Shown here: in pieces, positions 1 through 10,077 of the stretch | Position numbering within the stretch: position 1 is the first letter of the stretch | Layout of the letters: every line of letters starts with the position of its first letter | From: Firmicutes bacterium UBA3920 | GTDB taxonomy: Bacteria; Bacillota; Clostridia; Caldicoprobacterales; Xylanivirgaceae | Assembly (NCBI GenBank): GCA_002386065.1 | Contig: DGES01000026.1 | Span: 20,587-84,586 of the forward strand | Direction of reading: 5' to 3' | Length of the DNA: 64,000 bases | Notes under the pieces: model-generated | Database searches by the model: none | The model's input: only the letters and a program-made list of their open reading frames with translations | Told to the model about the DNA's origin: nothing | Program-made: the position numbers and the translations under genes

Positions 1-18
1 AATCTGAGAAAATTCAAT

Positions 19-48
19 AATCCCCCCAAGTTGAAACTTGGGGGGATT
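19..48. terminator. GC-rich perfect hairpin, probable intrinsic terminator (strand ambiguous)
   Basis: AATCCCCCCAAG (19-30) pairs with CTTGGGGGGATT (37-48): 12-bp perfect stem, 6-nt loop. A T-rich tract follows on the minus strand. Confidence 0.4.
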
Positions 49-138
49 GTTGGTTCCCATGATGTCGTTATGCTACCTTTTTTACCCGCCTCTTGGCAGG
101 TGGGTATCCTGTTAGCTATTTCTGACTTTCTCTATTTT

Positions 139-378
139 TCATAGAGACTTGTCATACGTAGCTAAACTCCGAATTCCCATATTATCTCTGTGGGTTAAAA
201 AGAGAAGCTTAGCGAGCATCTCAGGAACTCTTTTGCTCTTGCTTCTGTATCTATATATTAATACAAAATAGCTCAATTTGCAATATGATTTTTTAAAGAT
301 TATATTAGATAAGGCTTTACTAGCGTTCCTGTCAGCATAACGAGTACTTCTTATTTCCTTAATCTCTCTTTTATGCAA
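139..378 (-). CDS. hypothetical ORF (79 aa), doubtful, possibly a gene remnant
   Basis: Only ORF in this gap. TTG start, no convincing Shine-Dalgarno, no motif I recognise. Confidence 0.2.
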   Translation of the reverse strand: MHKREIKEIRSTRYADRNASKALSNIIFKKSYCKLSYFVLIYRYRSKSKRVPEMLAKLLFLTHRDNMGIRSLATYDKSL

Positions 379-407
379 TATTGTTAAACTATATACATCT
401 AAAAGGG

Positions 408-439
408 CGTAATAAAAAATATAAGCATTAATATGCTTA
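408..439 (-). terminator. intrinsic terminator downstream of the activase operon
   Basis: TAAGCAT (422-428) / ATGCTTA (433-439) hairpin. On the minus strand it is followed by a T-run (complement of the A-run at 408-420). Confidence 0.5.
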
Positions 440-519
440 CATTGAATATAGAAATTAGATTCTTCTATAGGATATCATTTTAAGTTTTGAAATATTTCTA
501 TTGTGCGATGCTTTATCCA

Positions 520-720
520 TTAAGTTTGATCGATATTTGTGAGTATTTCATCAAATATTTTACATTCACCATCCTCCCAATGTATACATTTCTCACAATT
601 TACCTCGTCATCCAAATAATTATAACTATTTACCAATACAGCGTATTGCTCATATTCCGGACATACTGAGGCTACATAGTGTTTTTGCTCATCGCTTGGA
701 TCTTTTTTAAAATCCAACAT
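520..720 (-). CDS. small (66 aa) Cys-containing protein of unknown function, last gene of the activase operon
   Basis: Internal ATG at 720 is preceded by AGGAAGGTGAAT (good SD). The longer ORF to 822 would overlap the upstream gene. Four Cys (CP...CEKC...GEC). Start chosen from the SD, not the track start. Confidence 0.5.
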   Translation of the reverse strand: MLDFKKDPSDEQKHYVASVCPEYEQYAVLVNSYNYLDDEVNCEKCIHWEDGECKIFDEILTNIDQT

Positions 721-775
721 ATTCACCTTCCTATCTTCGTTTCGACTTAGTATTCCACTAAATAAGGAATATATT

Positions 776-1741
776 CTACTGTGCACTTGTCCACTTACCA
801 CACCTATCTCCCCAGCGTGCAACTATTTGAGAACCTACTTTTATTTCGACTATCTCGCACATATTGGGACATCCATCACATTCAAAACTTGTAGAAACAA
901 AATCATCTTTTAGTCTTGCAAATCCTCTAAATTTTGTTGAATTCGTACTATCCACTTCATCTTTTGCTAATATTGCAGCTCCTAAAGCACCCATAACATC
1001 ATAATTCTCTGGTACAGTTATTTCTGTATTTAACATACTTTCAAATGCGTTTTTTATTCCTCTATTTGCCGCTACTCCCCCTTGAAATACTACTCTAGGC
1101 AAAATTTTTTTGCCTTTTCCCACATTGTTTAAATAATTTCTCACTAAAGCAATACAAAGCCCTCCCACTATATCAGCAATTTCATGACCCATTTGCTGCT
1201 TGTGTATCATATCTGATTCTGCAAATACAGCACATCTACCTGCTATTCTTACTGGTGATTTTGATTCAGTTGCAAGTTTACCAAATTCATCTATAGGTAT
1301 ATTAAGCCTCGATGCCTGCCTATCCAAAAATGAACCTGTTCCTGCTGCACAAACAGTATTCATAGCAAAATCGGTTATTATACCATTCCTTATTATTATT
1401 ATTTTCGAATCCTGACCTCCTATTTCTATAACCGTATTAGTATCAGGTAAAAATGTCAATGCTGCTATACCATGAGCAGTTATCTCATTTTTTACTACAT
1501 CTGCTCCTACAATAGCTCCTGCCAATTCCCTGCCACTTCCAGTACAACCTACACCGGAAATTTTACTATTCAACGGCAAATTCGAAGACAACTTCATTAA
1601 TGATTCTTTAAGTATTTGAATTGGTCGACCTTGAGTTCTTATATAATATTTTTCTAACACAGTTAAATCCCTGTCTATTACAATTATATTGGTACTCACC
1701 GAACCAACATCAATTCCCAAGTAGAGTCCACACTCACCCAT
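776..1741 (-). CDS. BadF/BadG/BcrA/BcrD-type ATPase (2-hydroxyacyl-CoA dehydratase activase-like) with Cys-rich C-terminal extension
   Basis: N-terminal LGIDVGSVSTN actin-fold ATPase motif, GGQDSK, AAGTGSFLD and GGVA motifs typical of HgdC/BcrA activases. C-terminal ECDGCPNMCE segment. Confidence 0.85.
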   Translation of the reverse strand: MGECGLYLGIDVGSVSTNIIVIDRDLTVLEKYYIRTQGRPIQILKESLMKLSSNLPLNSKISGVGCTGSGRELAGAIVGADVVKNEITAHGIAALTFLPDTNTVIEIGGQDSKIIIIRNGIITDFAMNTVCAAGTGSFLDRQASRLNIPIDEFGKLATESKSPVRIAGRCAVFAESDMIHKQQMGHEIADIVGGLCIALVRNYLNNVGKGKKILPRVVFQGGVAANRGIKNAFESMLNTEITVPENYDVMGALGAAILAKDEVDSTNSTKFRGFARLKDDFVSTSFECDGCPNMCEIVEIKVGSQIVARWGDRCGKWTSAQ

Positions 1742-1759
1742 TATATTTTTTCTTCCTCC

Positions 1760-2842
1760 TTATGCCTTTATTTTTCTTTGTTTTATAGTCTCGACAAAGG
1801 CCTCTAAACGCGTATTATAGCCTGCATCACCTGTTATCTCATCTACTGTAAATGTCATTATAGGAATGTCTTTATCCCTAGAAACCGATGGGAGTATACT
1901 CTGTGCTACTACTTCTGGCATACACGCAAAAGGCATAACTTGTATAATCCCATCATAACCTTCCTTTGCATAATTAATAGAATGGGCAATTGTTTGTCTG
2001 GCATGGCCTCCTATGCACATTCCTAAATATTGACGTCCTCTGTGCAATATGATTTTTTCTTTAATTCTAAGCGGTATATCTGGAAGTAGATGGGTTCTAA
2101 CCCACCAGTCTACTTTCATATTTCTACTCACGTGTACACCTAATAAACCCAATTTTCGTTCGATATCTAAGTTTACATAGGGTTCTATTAATGTATAAAT
2201 CTCCCCTACTAATCCTATATAAATGGGTGTATATTCTTCCTTCTCTGGAATCTCCTTAAGTTTCCTACTATATAACTTTAAAAGTTCTGTAATTTTGTCT
2301 GCTCCATGTGTATTATAGACCGTTCTTTCAAACTCATTAAGTATTTTATCTGTATCGCCTTTTATTCTTTCTCTGGCTCTCTTATATACAGCTAGCTCAT
2401 ATAATTTATCACAACTAATTACTATGGGAGCAGCCTTTCTTGCTGCCCGTGATACTGTCTTAAAGTCTTTACCCTCACCAATTTTCTTTAGATTTTCCAT
2501 AAGTTTTGAATAATCTTCTCTAGGAGGATCTAATACAAGAATATCTACATCGTAACCAAGCTCTCGAAGTATTTCTACTTGAACTATGCCATATAATCCA
2601 AATCTACAAGGTCCACAACTACCAGTTATAACTATAGTATCTGCGCCTTTTTCTATGCTTTCTATATAGTTGCCTAAATTAATCTTAAATGGTAAACACA
2701 CAAATTCTGGTGAATATTTGGTACCAAGCTCTAATGTTCTTTTTGTAACTGGAGGAGGAGGAATGGTTTCTATCCCCATCTCTTCAAAAAAAGCTTTTGC
2801 AGGAATATACATCTGGCCCATATGGGGAAATGTCAGTACCAT
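1760..2842 (-). CDS. activase-related protein (DUF2229-like, CoA-enzyme activase family partner)
   Basis: 360 aa, starts MVLTFPHMG with SD GGAGGG upstream. Family resemblance to the uncharacterised partners of BcrA-type activases. Same operon. Confidence 0.7.
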   Translation of the reverse strand: MVLTFPHMGQMYIPAKAFFEEMGIETIPPPPVTKRTLELGTKYSPEFVCLPFKINLGNYIESIEKGADTIVITGSCGPCRFGLYGIVQVEILRELGYDVDILVLDPPREDYSKLMENLKKIGEGKDFKTVSRAARKAAPIVISCDKLYELAVYKRARERIKGDTDKILNEFERTVYNTHGADKITELLKLYSRKLKEIPEKEEYTPIYIGLVGEIYTLIEPYVNLDIERKLGLLGVHVSRNMKVDWWVRTHLLPDIPLRIKEKIILHRGRQYLGMCIGGHARQTIAHSINYAKEGYDGIIQVMPFACMPEVVAQSILPSVSRDKDIPIMTFTVDEITGDAGYNTRLEAFVETIKQRKIKA

Positions 2843-3767
2843 CTTTTTCCCTCCATCTTATCATATCTAAAAATGCTTCTATGCGAGTTTTAACTCCTCC
2901 TTGACCTGTGTGTTCGTCTAATACCAATGTAGTATATGGTATATTAAAGTACCTATTGTTATAGATTTCCAGGAGTTCACCTATAAGAGCATCTACACCA
3001 CAACCAAAACTTGTAAGAAAGATTATACCGTCTACTCGGTAATTTCGCATCATATCCATAGCACTGCCAAATAATCTTCTACCATAACTTAGAAATATTC
3101 TTTTAGGCAGTCGATTACATTCATAATTTATATTTTGAATAGGAATATTTTCGGGATATAAAACTTCATATCCTACTTTTTTTAATTTTTCTGCTAATCC
3201 CATATTTATATAGGTATCATAGATTAAATATGGATGACCTATAATTGCAATAATTTTGGTATTAGAATTTTCTAATTGTTTTAGTTTTACCAGTTGTGAT
3301 TCCCTATATTTGAGTTGACTTAATTCACAGTTTTTGATAAGTTCATTTACCTCTTTTTTGTTTTTTTTCTCCCTTATTGCATATTTAACAAAGCCTTTAT
3401 GTCGTTCTTCAGAATTTTTATATCCATCTATATCTATCACTAACATCTCTTTGTCTTCTATTACACCGGCACCTCGTAACATTTCAGGTAATCCTATAAG
3501 TTTGGGACATACAAACTCTCGCCTCTCTATACTTCTAAATCTAGGAACAAACACTTTATCACATCTTCCTATTAGGTTCAAGACATGACCATGATATAAT
3601 TTAACTGGTATACAAGAATCCTGTACACATGCCAATACACCCATATCAAGTACTGATTTAGTAGTACTATTAGAAAGTATAAGCTCATATCCTAAACTCT
3701 GAAAAAAAGTCTCCCAATATGGATAATTATCATAATACAACAATGATCGTGGTATACCTATTTTCAA
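2784..3767 (-). CDS. activase-related protein (DUF2229-like), first gene of the operon
   Basis: 327 aa, MKIGIPRSLLYYDNYPYWETFF N-terminus typical of this family. Overlaps the next gene by 59 nt in another frame. Confidence 0.7.
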   Translation of the reverse strand: MKIGIPRSLLYYDNYPYWETFFQSLGYELILSNSTTKSVLDMGVLACVQDSCIPVKLYHGHVLNLIGRCDKVFVPRFRSIERREFVCPKLIGLPEMLRGAGVIEDKEMLVIDIDGYKNSEERHKGFVKYAIREKKNKKEVNELIKNCELSQLKYRESQLVKLKQLENSNTKIIAIIGHPYLIYDTYINMGLAEKLKKVGYEVLYPENIPIQNINYECNRLPKRIFLSYGRRLFGSAMDMMRNYRVDGIIFLTSFGCGVDALIGELLEIYNNRYFNIPYTTLVLDEHTGQGGVKTRIEAFLDMIRWREKDGTDISPYGPDVYSCKSFF

Positions 3768-3857
3768 CTAGTTCACTCCCCTAATTTCATATAAGTATAT
3801 TATTAACACTAATAAAAATATTATAACGATTATACAAGACGAAAATTTTGTTTTGTC

Positions 3858-3886
3858 TTGCCTTTACATGAGATGCTTGATATAAT
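3858..3886 (+). promoter_or_regulatory. sigma-A-type promoter for the HPr-like gene
   Basis: TTGCCT (3858-3863), 17-nt spacer, TATAAT (3881-3886), about 45 nt upstream of the ATG at 3931. Confidence 0.45.
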
Positions 3887-3930
3887 TATATTGAAATACA
3901 ATTTTATGCAAATTATAGGAGGTTGGTCTT

Positions 3931-4158
3931 ATGAAAACGGTCAACATTAAATTGTCATTAGCTGAAAATGTTAAAGATTTTGTAAATATTGTCAGCAAGT
4001 ATCCCTATGAAATAGACTTAAGGTCTGGTCGTCATGTCGTTGATGCAAAGTCTATACTGGGAATATTCAGCCTCGATCTTAGTAAGCCTGTAACATTAGA
4101 GATATATTCAGATGATTGCGATGACTTATTAGAAGAGATAAAACCCTTTATTGTTTAA
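3931..4158 (+). CDS. HPr-family phosphocarrier-like small protein (75 aa)
   Basis: AKSILGIFSL segment resembles the Ser46 region of HPr. Short form without an obvious His15 context. SD GGAGG upstream. Confidence 0.65.
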   Translation: MKTVNIKLSLAENVKDFVNIVSKYPYEIDLRSGRHVVDAKSILGIFSLDLSKPVTLEIYSDDCDDLLEEIKPFIV

Positions 4159-4180
4159 AATAAAGTTTTCTCTCTCCAAT

Positions 4181-4210
4181 AACCCCCTATAAAGACCTTT
4201 ATAGGGGGTT
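4181..4210 (+). terminator. intrinsic terminator after the HPr-like gene
   Basis: AACCCCCTATAA / TTATAGGGGGTT inverted repeat. Confidence 0.6.
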
Positions 4211-4324
4211 CTATAATTGATTTTAGGCTTATTAGTCATAGACTAAAAAATGTGTTATAATTATTCAGGTCTAGTATATTAAACTTGAGTAATTTCATGA
4301 TAGCCCTCTTATTTTTTTATATCA

Positions 4325-4350
4325 ATATTGATTATCTAGATAATCAATAT
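4325..4350. promoter_or_regulatory. 26-bp palindrome (candidate operator) just upstream of the DUF4364-like gene
   Basis: ATATTGATTATCT|AGATAATCAATAT is perfectly self-complementary. It ends about 17 nt before the SD GAGGTG (4367-4372). Confidence 0.4.
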
Positions 4351-4378
4351 CACAACATGCAATTTCGAGGTGAATACA

Positions 4379-4900
4379 GTGGATCAAATACATAATATAG
4401 CTAAAAATAAGATAATTATTCTCTATTATATGCAAGCACTCGATATACCCCTTACTAATCCTCAAATAACCCAATTCTTTCTGGAGAATAATATCATACC
4501 TTATTTTGAACTTCAACAATACCTAAGTGAGCTCATTGATACTAAATTAGTCAACTTCCTTGAAGCACGGGATAAATATTTATATAGTATATCACCAACG
4601 GGCACAAAGGTGCTAGAACTTTTTGAACATCGAATTAGTTCTGATTTAAAGCAAAAAATAGATAATTATGCCCATAAAAATCGTAATAGACTTCGAAAAG
4701 AAAGTCAAATAACTGCAGAATACAAAAAACTAGCCGACAGACAATACATAATAACATGCAGGGTTATGGAAGAAGATATGATCCTACTTGAGTTAAAACT
4801 CAATGTGACAGATAGTAAACAGGCAAAACTCATATGTAACAATTGGTTAAATAGAGCTCCTGTGGTATATAAGAATATAATAGCTACTCTTACAACTTAA
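4379..4900 (+). CDS. DUF4364-like putative winged-helix DNA-binding protein
   Basis: ORF track starts at GTG 4370, which lies inside the SD GAGGTG. GTG 4379 has 6-nt spacing. N-terminal KIIILYYMQALDIPLTNPQITQF resembles the DUF4364/PadR-like family. Confidence 0.5.
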   Translation: MDQIHNIAKNKIIILYYMQALDIPLTNPQITQFFLENNIIPYFELQQYLSELIDTKLVNFLEARDKYLYSISPTGTKVLELFEHRISSDLKQKIDNYAHKNRNRLRKESQITAEYKKLADRQYIITCRVMEEDMILLELKLNVTDSKQAKLICNNWLNRAPVVYKNIIATLTT

Positions 4901-4929
4901 TAATGGGCTGTTGCAAAAATAGTCCCTAA

Positions 4930-4977
4930 ATAAAGGGTTATGGCAAAATCATTAATGATTTTGCCATAACCCTTTAT
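4930..4977. terminator. bidirectional terminator between convergent genes
   Basis: About 23-bp perfect palindrome TAAAGGGTTATGGCAAAATCATT|AATGATTTTGCCATAACCCTTTA. Confidence 0.7.
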
Positions 4978-5240
4978 TATTCTTCCTCATCACTATAATT
5001 AGTTATAATTTGAGTAAATAACTGTTCTTTAGAAAGAGTAAGATTTCTCTCCTTAGCTTCTCTTATAAGGGATTGATACAACTCTTTTAATAATTGAATC
5101 TTACGATAGTTTTTATCCTCTAACTCTTCAATCCCATCTTTACTCAAATAACAACTTTCTGCATCTTGCCATTCTCTTATGGTATCCTGTATAAGCTCTA
5201 ATAATCTTCCATTATCTAAATTTCGGCGTTCTGTATCCAT
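4977..5240 (-). CDS. hypothetical acidic helical protein (87 aa)
   Basis: Clean ORF between folC and the terminator. No motif recognised. Confidence 0.45.
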   Translation of the reverse strand: MDTERRNLDNGRLLELIQDTIREWQDAESCYLSKDGIEELEDKNYRKIQLLKELYQSLIREAKERNLTLSKEQLFTQIITNYSDEEE

Positions 5241-5309
5241 GGTATCATCATCCTTTTTCGCAAGGATTTATTCTCCTATCATTTAATTATTATGATGACA
5301 CCACAAAAA

Positions 5310-6599
5310 TCATTCATATTTTAAAAATTTTCTAACTTCACCTATCAAATATATAGAGCCACTGAATACAATTATATCATTTGATTTAACCATTTTTTCT
5401 GCCATACGTATCGCATCGTCTATTCTATTAGCTACCAATATATTATCACAATACATGCCTGCTATTTGAGAAAGTTTATGCGGTTCCATCGCTCGAGGAT
5501 TATTTGGCGATGTAACTATTACTGTATGAGATATAGGACATAATGATTTTAATATCTTGTTCACTTCTTTATCTTTTAATATACCTATAACTAATATAAT
5601 ACGTCTATCCCCGTAATACTGTTTTATAGTATCCGCTAATATTTTAGCACTTGCCTCATTATGAGCACCATCAATTATTATATCAGGATTAGTTCTAATT
5701 TTTTCTAGTCTACCAGGCCATTTTGTAGATGCTAAACCATCTATAACCGCTATATCTGATATGGTAATCCCCATATTATTTAATGCAAATATAGCAGTAA
5801 GTACAGTTATAGCATTTAATATCTGATGTTTTCCCGTAAGGTGGATAGTTATAGTATCTAATTCCCATTCTCCATACGTAAAATTAAATTTTTGTAGACC
5901 GAATTCTGAAAAAAGCATATCAAACTTTGCATCTGCAACATTGTATATAATTGCATTTTTCTTACGAGCTATATCAGAAAGTACTGAAAATACCTCTTTT
6001 ATCTGAGGATAGATTACAACTGGAGTATTGGGCTTTATTATTCCTGCTTTTTCAAATGCTATAGACTCTATACTATCTCCTAATATATTCATATGATCAT
6101 AGCTTATAGATGTAATTATTGTAAGTACAGGATTTATAACATTGGTTGCATCCAATCTACCTCCTAAACCAGTTTCTACAACTGCATAATCAACTTTTTG
6201 TTCTGCAAAATATGTGAAACCAATGGCTGTCACTATTTCAAATTCTGTTGGATGATCATATCCATCTAGTATCATTTTATCGATATGGTTTTTTATATCT
6301 GTTGTAATACGAGCTAATGCGTCTTTGTCTATAAGTTCTAAGTTTACTTGTATTCTCTCCCTAAAATCCTCAAGGTAGGGAGAGGTAAACATCCCTACCT
6401 TGTATCCTTGTTTCTTTAAAACATAGGCTAACATTGCTGCAGTAGAACCCTTTCCATTTGTACCGGCTATGTGTATTGATTTAAATTTATCTTGCGGATT
6501 ATCTAATCTTTTTAGTAATTCACTCACATTTCTAAGGCCACATTTTATACCAAATCTGTTTGTATCATGTATATATTTCAGTGCTTCTTCATACGTCAT
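5310..6599 (-). CDS. folC: bifunctional folylpolyglutamate synthase / dihydrofolate synthase
   Basis: HIAGTNGKGST P-loop of the Mur ligase family, length 429 aa, classic valS-folC arrangement. Confidence 0.9.
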   Translation of the reverse strand: MTYEEALKYIHDTNRFGIKCGLRNVSELLKRLDNPQDKFKSIHIAGTNGKGSTAAMLAYVLKKQGYKVGMFTSPYLEDFRERIQVNLELIDKDALARITTDIKNHIDKMILDGYDHPTEFEIVTAIGFTYFAEQKVDYAVVETGLGGRLDATNVINPVLTIITSISYDHMNILGDSIESIAFEKAGIIKPNTPVVIYPQIKEVFSVLSDIARKKNAIIYNVADAKFDMLFSEFGLQKFNFTYGEWELDTITIHLTGKHQILNAITVLTAIFALNNMGITISDIAVIDGLASTKWPGRLEKIRTNPDIIIDGAHNEASAKILADTIKQYYGDRRIILVIGILKDKEVNKILKSLCPISHTVIVTSPNNPRAMEPHKLSQIAGMYCDNILVANRIDDAIRMAEKMVKSNDIIVFSGSIYLIGEVRKFLKYE

Positions 6600-6628
6600 G
6601 TAATGTCCCTCTCTCTAAGCACATTATT

Positions 6629-9286
6629 TTAATCCATCATTTCATCTAATTCTTTCAATCTTTCTATTACTTTAAATAGTATGGATTCATACTCTTTTTT
6701 CTTTCTTCTTTCTTCTTCAACTATATGTTCAGGTGCTTTCTTTACGAAATTCACATTTTCCAGCTTACTTTGAGCCCTTTTGACTTCCTTTTCCAGTCTA
6801 GCTTTCTCAGATAACAGTCTATCTCTTTCCTTATCAAAATCAATTAAGTCTTCTAATGGTATAAAAATTTGCGCCTTTGATGTAACTGCTGATGCTGTCC
6901 CCTTTGGGATCACATCTTCGCTACTTTCTATTATTATTTCCCCAATACCTGCAAGTTTCTCAAAATATATTGCACCATTTAAAAGCACATCTTCCCAATC
7001 AGGTTGGGAAACAATATACATTTTAGCTTTTTTACCCATGGGTACATCCATTTCTGAACGTATATTTCGTATTGCTCTTATTATATCCATTATCTCTTCC
7101 ATCTTTTCTTCTGCCTGTATATCTATTTCTTCTGTATCAACAGTGGGCCATTTTGCTATCATTATACTCTCATATTGTACGGGCATATGTTGCCAAATCT
7201 CTTCAGTTATAAAAGGCATAAACGGATGAAGTAGCTTAAGGGTATTGGATAATACATACACTAATGTAGACATTGCTACCTGTCTTGCGTCGTCATCGCT
7301 CCCATATAGCCTAGGTTTAACCAATTCTATATACCAATCGCAAAATTCATCCCAAGTAAAATCATATATCTTTTGAGCTGCTATACCTAATTCAAACTTT
7401 TCCATATTATCTGTAACTTCTTCTACAAGGCGATTATATTTACTTATAATCCATCTATCAGGTAATTCCAGCTTTCGAACAGGTACTGGTTTTAGTTCAA
7501 TATTGAGATTTTCAAGATTCATAAGAATAAATCTGGCAGCATTCCAGACCTTATTTGCAAAGTTTCTACAAGCCTCTACTTTTTCCCAACGAAATCTCAT
7601 GTCATTACCTGGAGACGTACCAACAACTAAACTCAATCTCAATGCATCGGCACCATATTTATCAATAACCTCGAGAGGGTCAACACCATTACCCAAAGAT
7701 TTACTCATTTTCCGCCCCTCTGAATCCCTTACAATACCATGTATAAACACATATTCAAATGGTATCTCGCCCATGTGAGCAAGTCCAGAAACAATCATTC
7801 TTGCTACCCAGAAAAATATTATGTCATAGCCTGTTACAAGCACATCAGTTGGATAAAAATATTCAAGTTCAGCCGTTTTATCTGGCCAACCTAAGGTTGA
7901 AAATGGCCATAAGGCAGAACTAAACCACGTATCAAGTACATCTTCGTCTTGCTTAAAACTAGAAGCTCCACACTTAGGACAATTTTCTGGTTTAGATCTT
8001 GCAACTACCATTTCATTGCAATTTTCACAATAATATGCAGGTATTCTATGTCCCCACCATAGTTGCCTTGAAATACACCAATCCTTTATATTTTCCATCC
8101 AATTAAAATATATCTTGCTAAAACGTTCAGGTATAAATTTTATCTTACCTTCTTTAACGACATCAATTGCAGGTTTTGCAAGGGGCGCCATTTTTACAAA
8201 CCACTGTCTAGAAACTATAGGTTCTACAGTGGTGTGGCACCTATAGCAATGACCTACATTATGCTTATGGGCCTCTATTTTATGAAGAAATCCTTGCTCT
8301 TTTAAATCTGATACTATCTTTTGCCTTGCCTCATATCTATCCATACCCACATATTTACCTGCATTATCATTCATTGTAGCACTATCATCCATTATACGTA
8401 TTTGAGGCAAATTATGGCGCAATCCTATTTCAAAGTCATTTGGGTCATGAGCCGGAGTTATCTTAACCACACCTGTACCAAACTCCCTATCTACATAGCT
8501 ATCTGCTATTATAGGTATTTCTCTATTTACAAGAGGAAGCAGAATTTTTTTACCTATTAGATGAGAGTATCTTTCATCATCTGGATGTACAGCAACTGCC
8601 GTATCTCCAAGCATTGTCTCTGGACGGGTGGTAGCAATTATAACACTTTCATTAGAATCTATAATTGGATATTTTATATACCAAAAATATCCATTATCTT
8701 CCTCATATTCTACCTCCGCATCTGAAAGAGCTGTTTGACAATCGGGGCACCAATTTATTATCCTATCTCCTCTATATATAAGCCCTTCTTCATAAAATCT
8801 TACAAATACTTCTGTTACAGCCCTACTACAACCTTCATCCATGGTAAATCTCTCTCTAGACCAATCACAAGAAGAACCTAACTTTTTAAGCTGTTCTACT
8901 ATTCGACCACCATATTGCTCCTTCCATTTCCAAGCCCTTTCCAAGAAAGCTTCTCTTCCAAGATCGTGTTTTGTAAGACCTTCTTTTTTTAGTTCTTCTA
9001 TTATTTTTACCTCAGTAGCTATACTGGCATGATCTGTCCCTGGTAACCAAAGAGCAGCATACCCTTCCATACGCCTCCACCTTATTAGAATATCTTGAAG
9101 TGTGTTATCAAGGGCATGTCCCATATGCAATTGGCCTGTTATATTAGGCGGCGGCATCACTATACAATATGGGTCTTTTTCTTCATCTACTTCTGCTTTA
9201 AAATAATCATTTTTCATCCACATATCGTAAATTCTATCTTCAACTTTACTAGGATCATATGTCTTGGCAATTAATTTATTTGACAT
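6629..9286 (-). CDS. valS: valine--tRNA ligase
   Basis: 885 aa. HMGHALDN (HIGH) and KMSKSLGN (KMSKS) motifs. C-terminal coiled coil. Confidence 0.97.
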   Translation of the reverse strand: MSNKLIAKTYDPSKVEDRIYDMWMKNDYFKAEVDEEKDPYCIVMPPPNITGQLHMGHALDNTLQDILIRWRRMEGYAALWLPGTDHASIATEVKIIEELKKEGLTKHDLGREAFLERAWKWKEQYGGRIVEQLKKLGSSCDWSRERFTMDEGCSRAVTEVFVRFYEEGLIYRGDRIINWCPDCQTALSDAEVEYEEDNGYFWYIKYPIIDSNESVIIATTRPETMLGDTAVAVHPDDERYSHLIGKKILLPLVNREIPIIADSYVDREFGTGVVKITPAHDPNDFEIGLRHNLPQIRIMDDSATMNDNAGKYVGMDRYEARQKIVSDLKEQGFLHKIEAHKHNVGHCYRCHTTVEPIVSRQWFVKMAPLAKPAIDVVKEGKIKFIPERFSKIYFNWMENIKDWCISRQLWWGHRIPAYYCENCNEMVVARSKPENCPKCGASSFKQDEDVLDTWFSSALWPFSTLGWPDKTAELEYFYPTDVLVTGYDIIFFWVARMIVSGLAHMGEIPFEYVFIHGIVRDSEGRKMSKSLGNGVDPLEVIDKYGADALRLSLVVGTSPGNDMRFRWEKVEACRNFANKVWNAARFILMNLENLNIELKPVPVRKLELPDRWIISKYNRLVEEVTDNMEKFELGIAAQKIYDFTWDEFCDWYIELVKPRLYGSDDDARQVAMSTLVYVLSNTLKLLHPFMPFITEEIWQHMPVQYESIMIAKWPTVDTEEIDIQAEEKMEEIMDIIRAIRNIRSEMDVPMGKKAKMYIVSQPDWEDVLLNGAIYFEKLAGIGEIIIESSEDVIPKGTASAVTSKAQIFIPLEDLIDFDKERDRLLSEKARLEKEVKRAQSKLENVNFVKKAPEHIVEEERRKKKEYESILFKVIERLKELDEMMD

Positions 9287-9504
9287 AGTTTTAACCTCCC
9301 ATTTTATTTTTAAAGTAACCTATTCCCAACTTGAATGTGAAAACTACTATTTTTAAAAATAACACTATTTTCTTTAACTCATGAAAAAATAGTACAATAT
9401 CATTCCAACCGTATATATTAATCTATAACCTATGAATACTACAATCTATTTCCATCATTCATTATCTAAAAAACGCCCTATTATAAAAAAATTCCATAAA
9501 ATAA

Positions 9505-9745
9505 TAAAAACCTCCATCCCTATTAAAGGACGAAGGACTTCTCTTCGCGGTACCACCCTAATTTCTACAATAGGCATCCTATTGTAGACTCTCAAATACC
9601 ATATCGATGGCAATCGCTTGACCTACTGCCATTCAGTCAAGTAACTCAGAAGCGACATTCCACTTACTTAATACTTGAGAAACCTCTCAGCCCATGGGAT
9701 TCTCTCTCTTTTAATATGTAAAGTGTACTCCTCTTCTTCATAGTT
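9505..9745 (-). promoter_or_regulatory. T-box riboswitch leader of valS (probable Val specifier GUC)
   Basis: On the minus strand: AGAGAGA / GCUGAGAGG stem I elements; GGAAUGUCGCUUCU with a GUC triplet in the specifier position; canonical T-box AAUUAGGGUGGUACCGCG (complement of 9546-9563); a terminator hairpin plus U-run ending near 9506. Confidence 0.85.
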
Positions 9746-9829
9746 AAAATCATATTATTTTATCAATCTATATTGACACTTAACAACTATTATTTATCAA
9801 GTTAAACAACTCTATACAACATTTATATG

Positions 9830-9906
9830 TGGTCGGGGTGACAGGACTTGAACCTGCGACCTTCTCGTCCCGAACGAGACGCGCTACCAAGCTGCGCTAC
9901 ACCCCG
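9830..9906 (-). tRNA. tRNA-Pro (anticodon CGG)
   Basis: Hand-folded cloverleaf: acceptor CGGGGTG/CACCCCG, anticodon loop TTCGGGA, T-loop TTCAAGT, encoded CCA. Confidence 0.9.
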
Positions 9907-9911
9907 GCAAT

Positions 9912-9987
9912 TGGAGCCAACAAAGGGACTCGAACCCTTGACCTGCAGTTTACGAAACTGCTGCTCTACCAACTGAGCTATGTTGGC
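9912..9987 (-). tRNA. tRNA-Thr (anticodon CGU)
   Basis: Hand-folded cloverleaf: acceptor GCCAACA/TGTTGGC, D-arm GCTC/GAGC, anticodon loop TTCGTAA, T-arm AAGGG TTCGAGT CCCTT, encoded CCA. Confidence 0.9.
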
Positions 9988-10077
9988 ATTATTATTGAAT
10001 CCGGTAATAGATTATACCATATTTCAAGCTGGTTGTCATCCATTTTTAAATTTTATAACTATTATTAGGATAAAAAA

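Noticed and set aside
75-110. Hairpin TACCCGCC...GGTGGGTA preceded by a T-run
   Set aside because: The T-run is on the wrong side of the stem for a plus-strand terminator and corresponds to an A-run on the minus strand, so there is no terminator call.
487-669. 60-aa plus-strand ORF
   Set aside because: It is antisense to the SD-supported small Cys protein gene (520-720) and has an Ile/Tyr/Leu-rich translation typical of AT-rich noise.
6780-7229. 149-aa ORF antisense to valS. Similar long antisense ORFs occur at 32640-33323, 24666-25361, 54535-55014, 44254-44727, 27293-27727 and 18058-18390.
   Set aside because: Each lies wholly inside a confidently identified gene on the other strand. They have Ser/Ile/Pro-rich low-complexity translations and no SD, as expected for stop-poor antisense frames of AT-rich genes.
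9829-10068. 79-aa plus-strand ORF from the track
   Set aside because: It is the antisense reading of two well-formed minus-strand tRNA genes (Pro and Thr), so it is not a coding gene.
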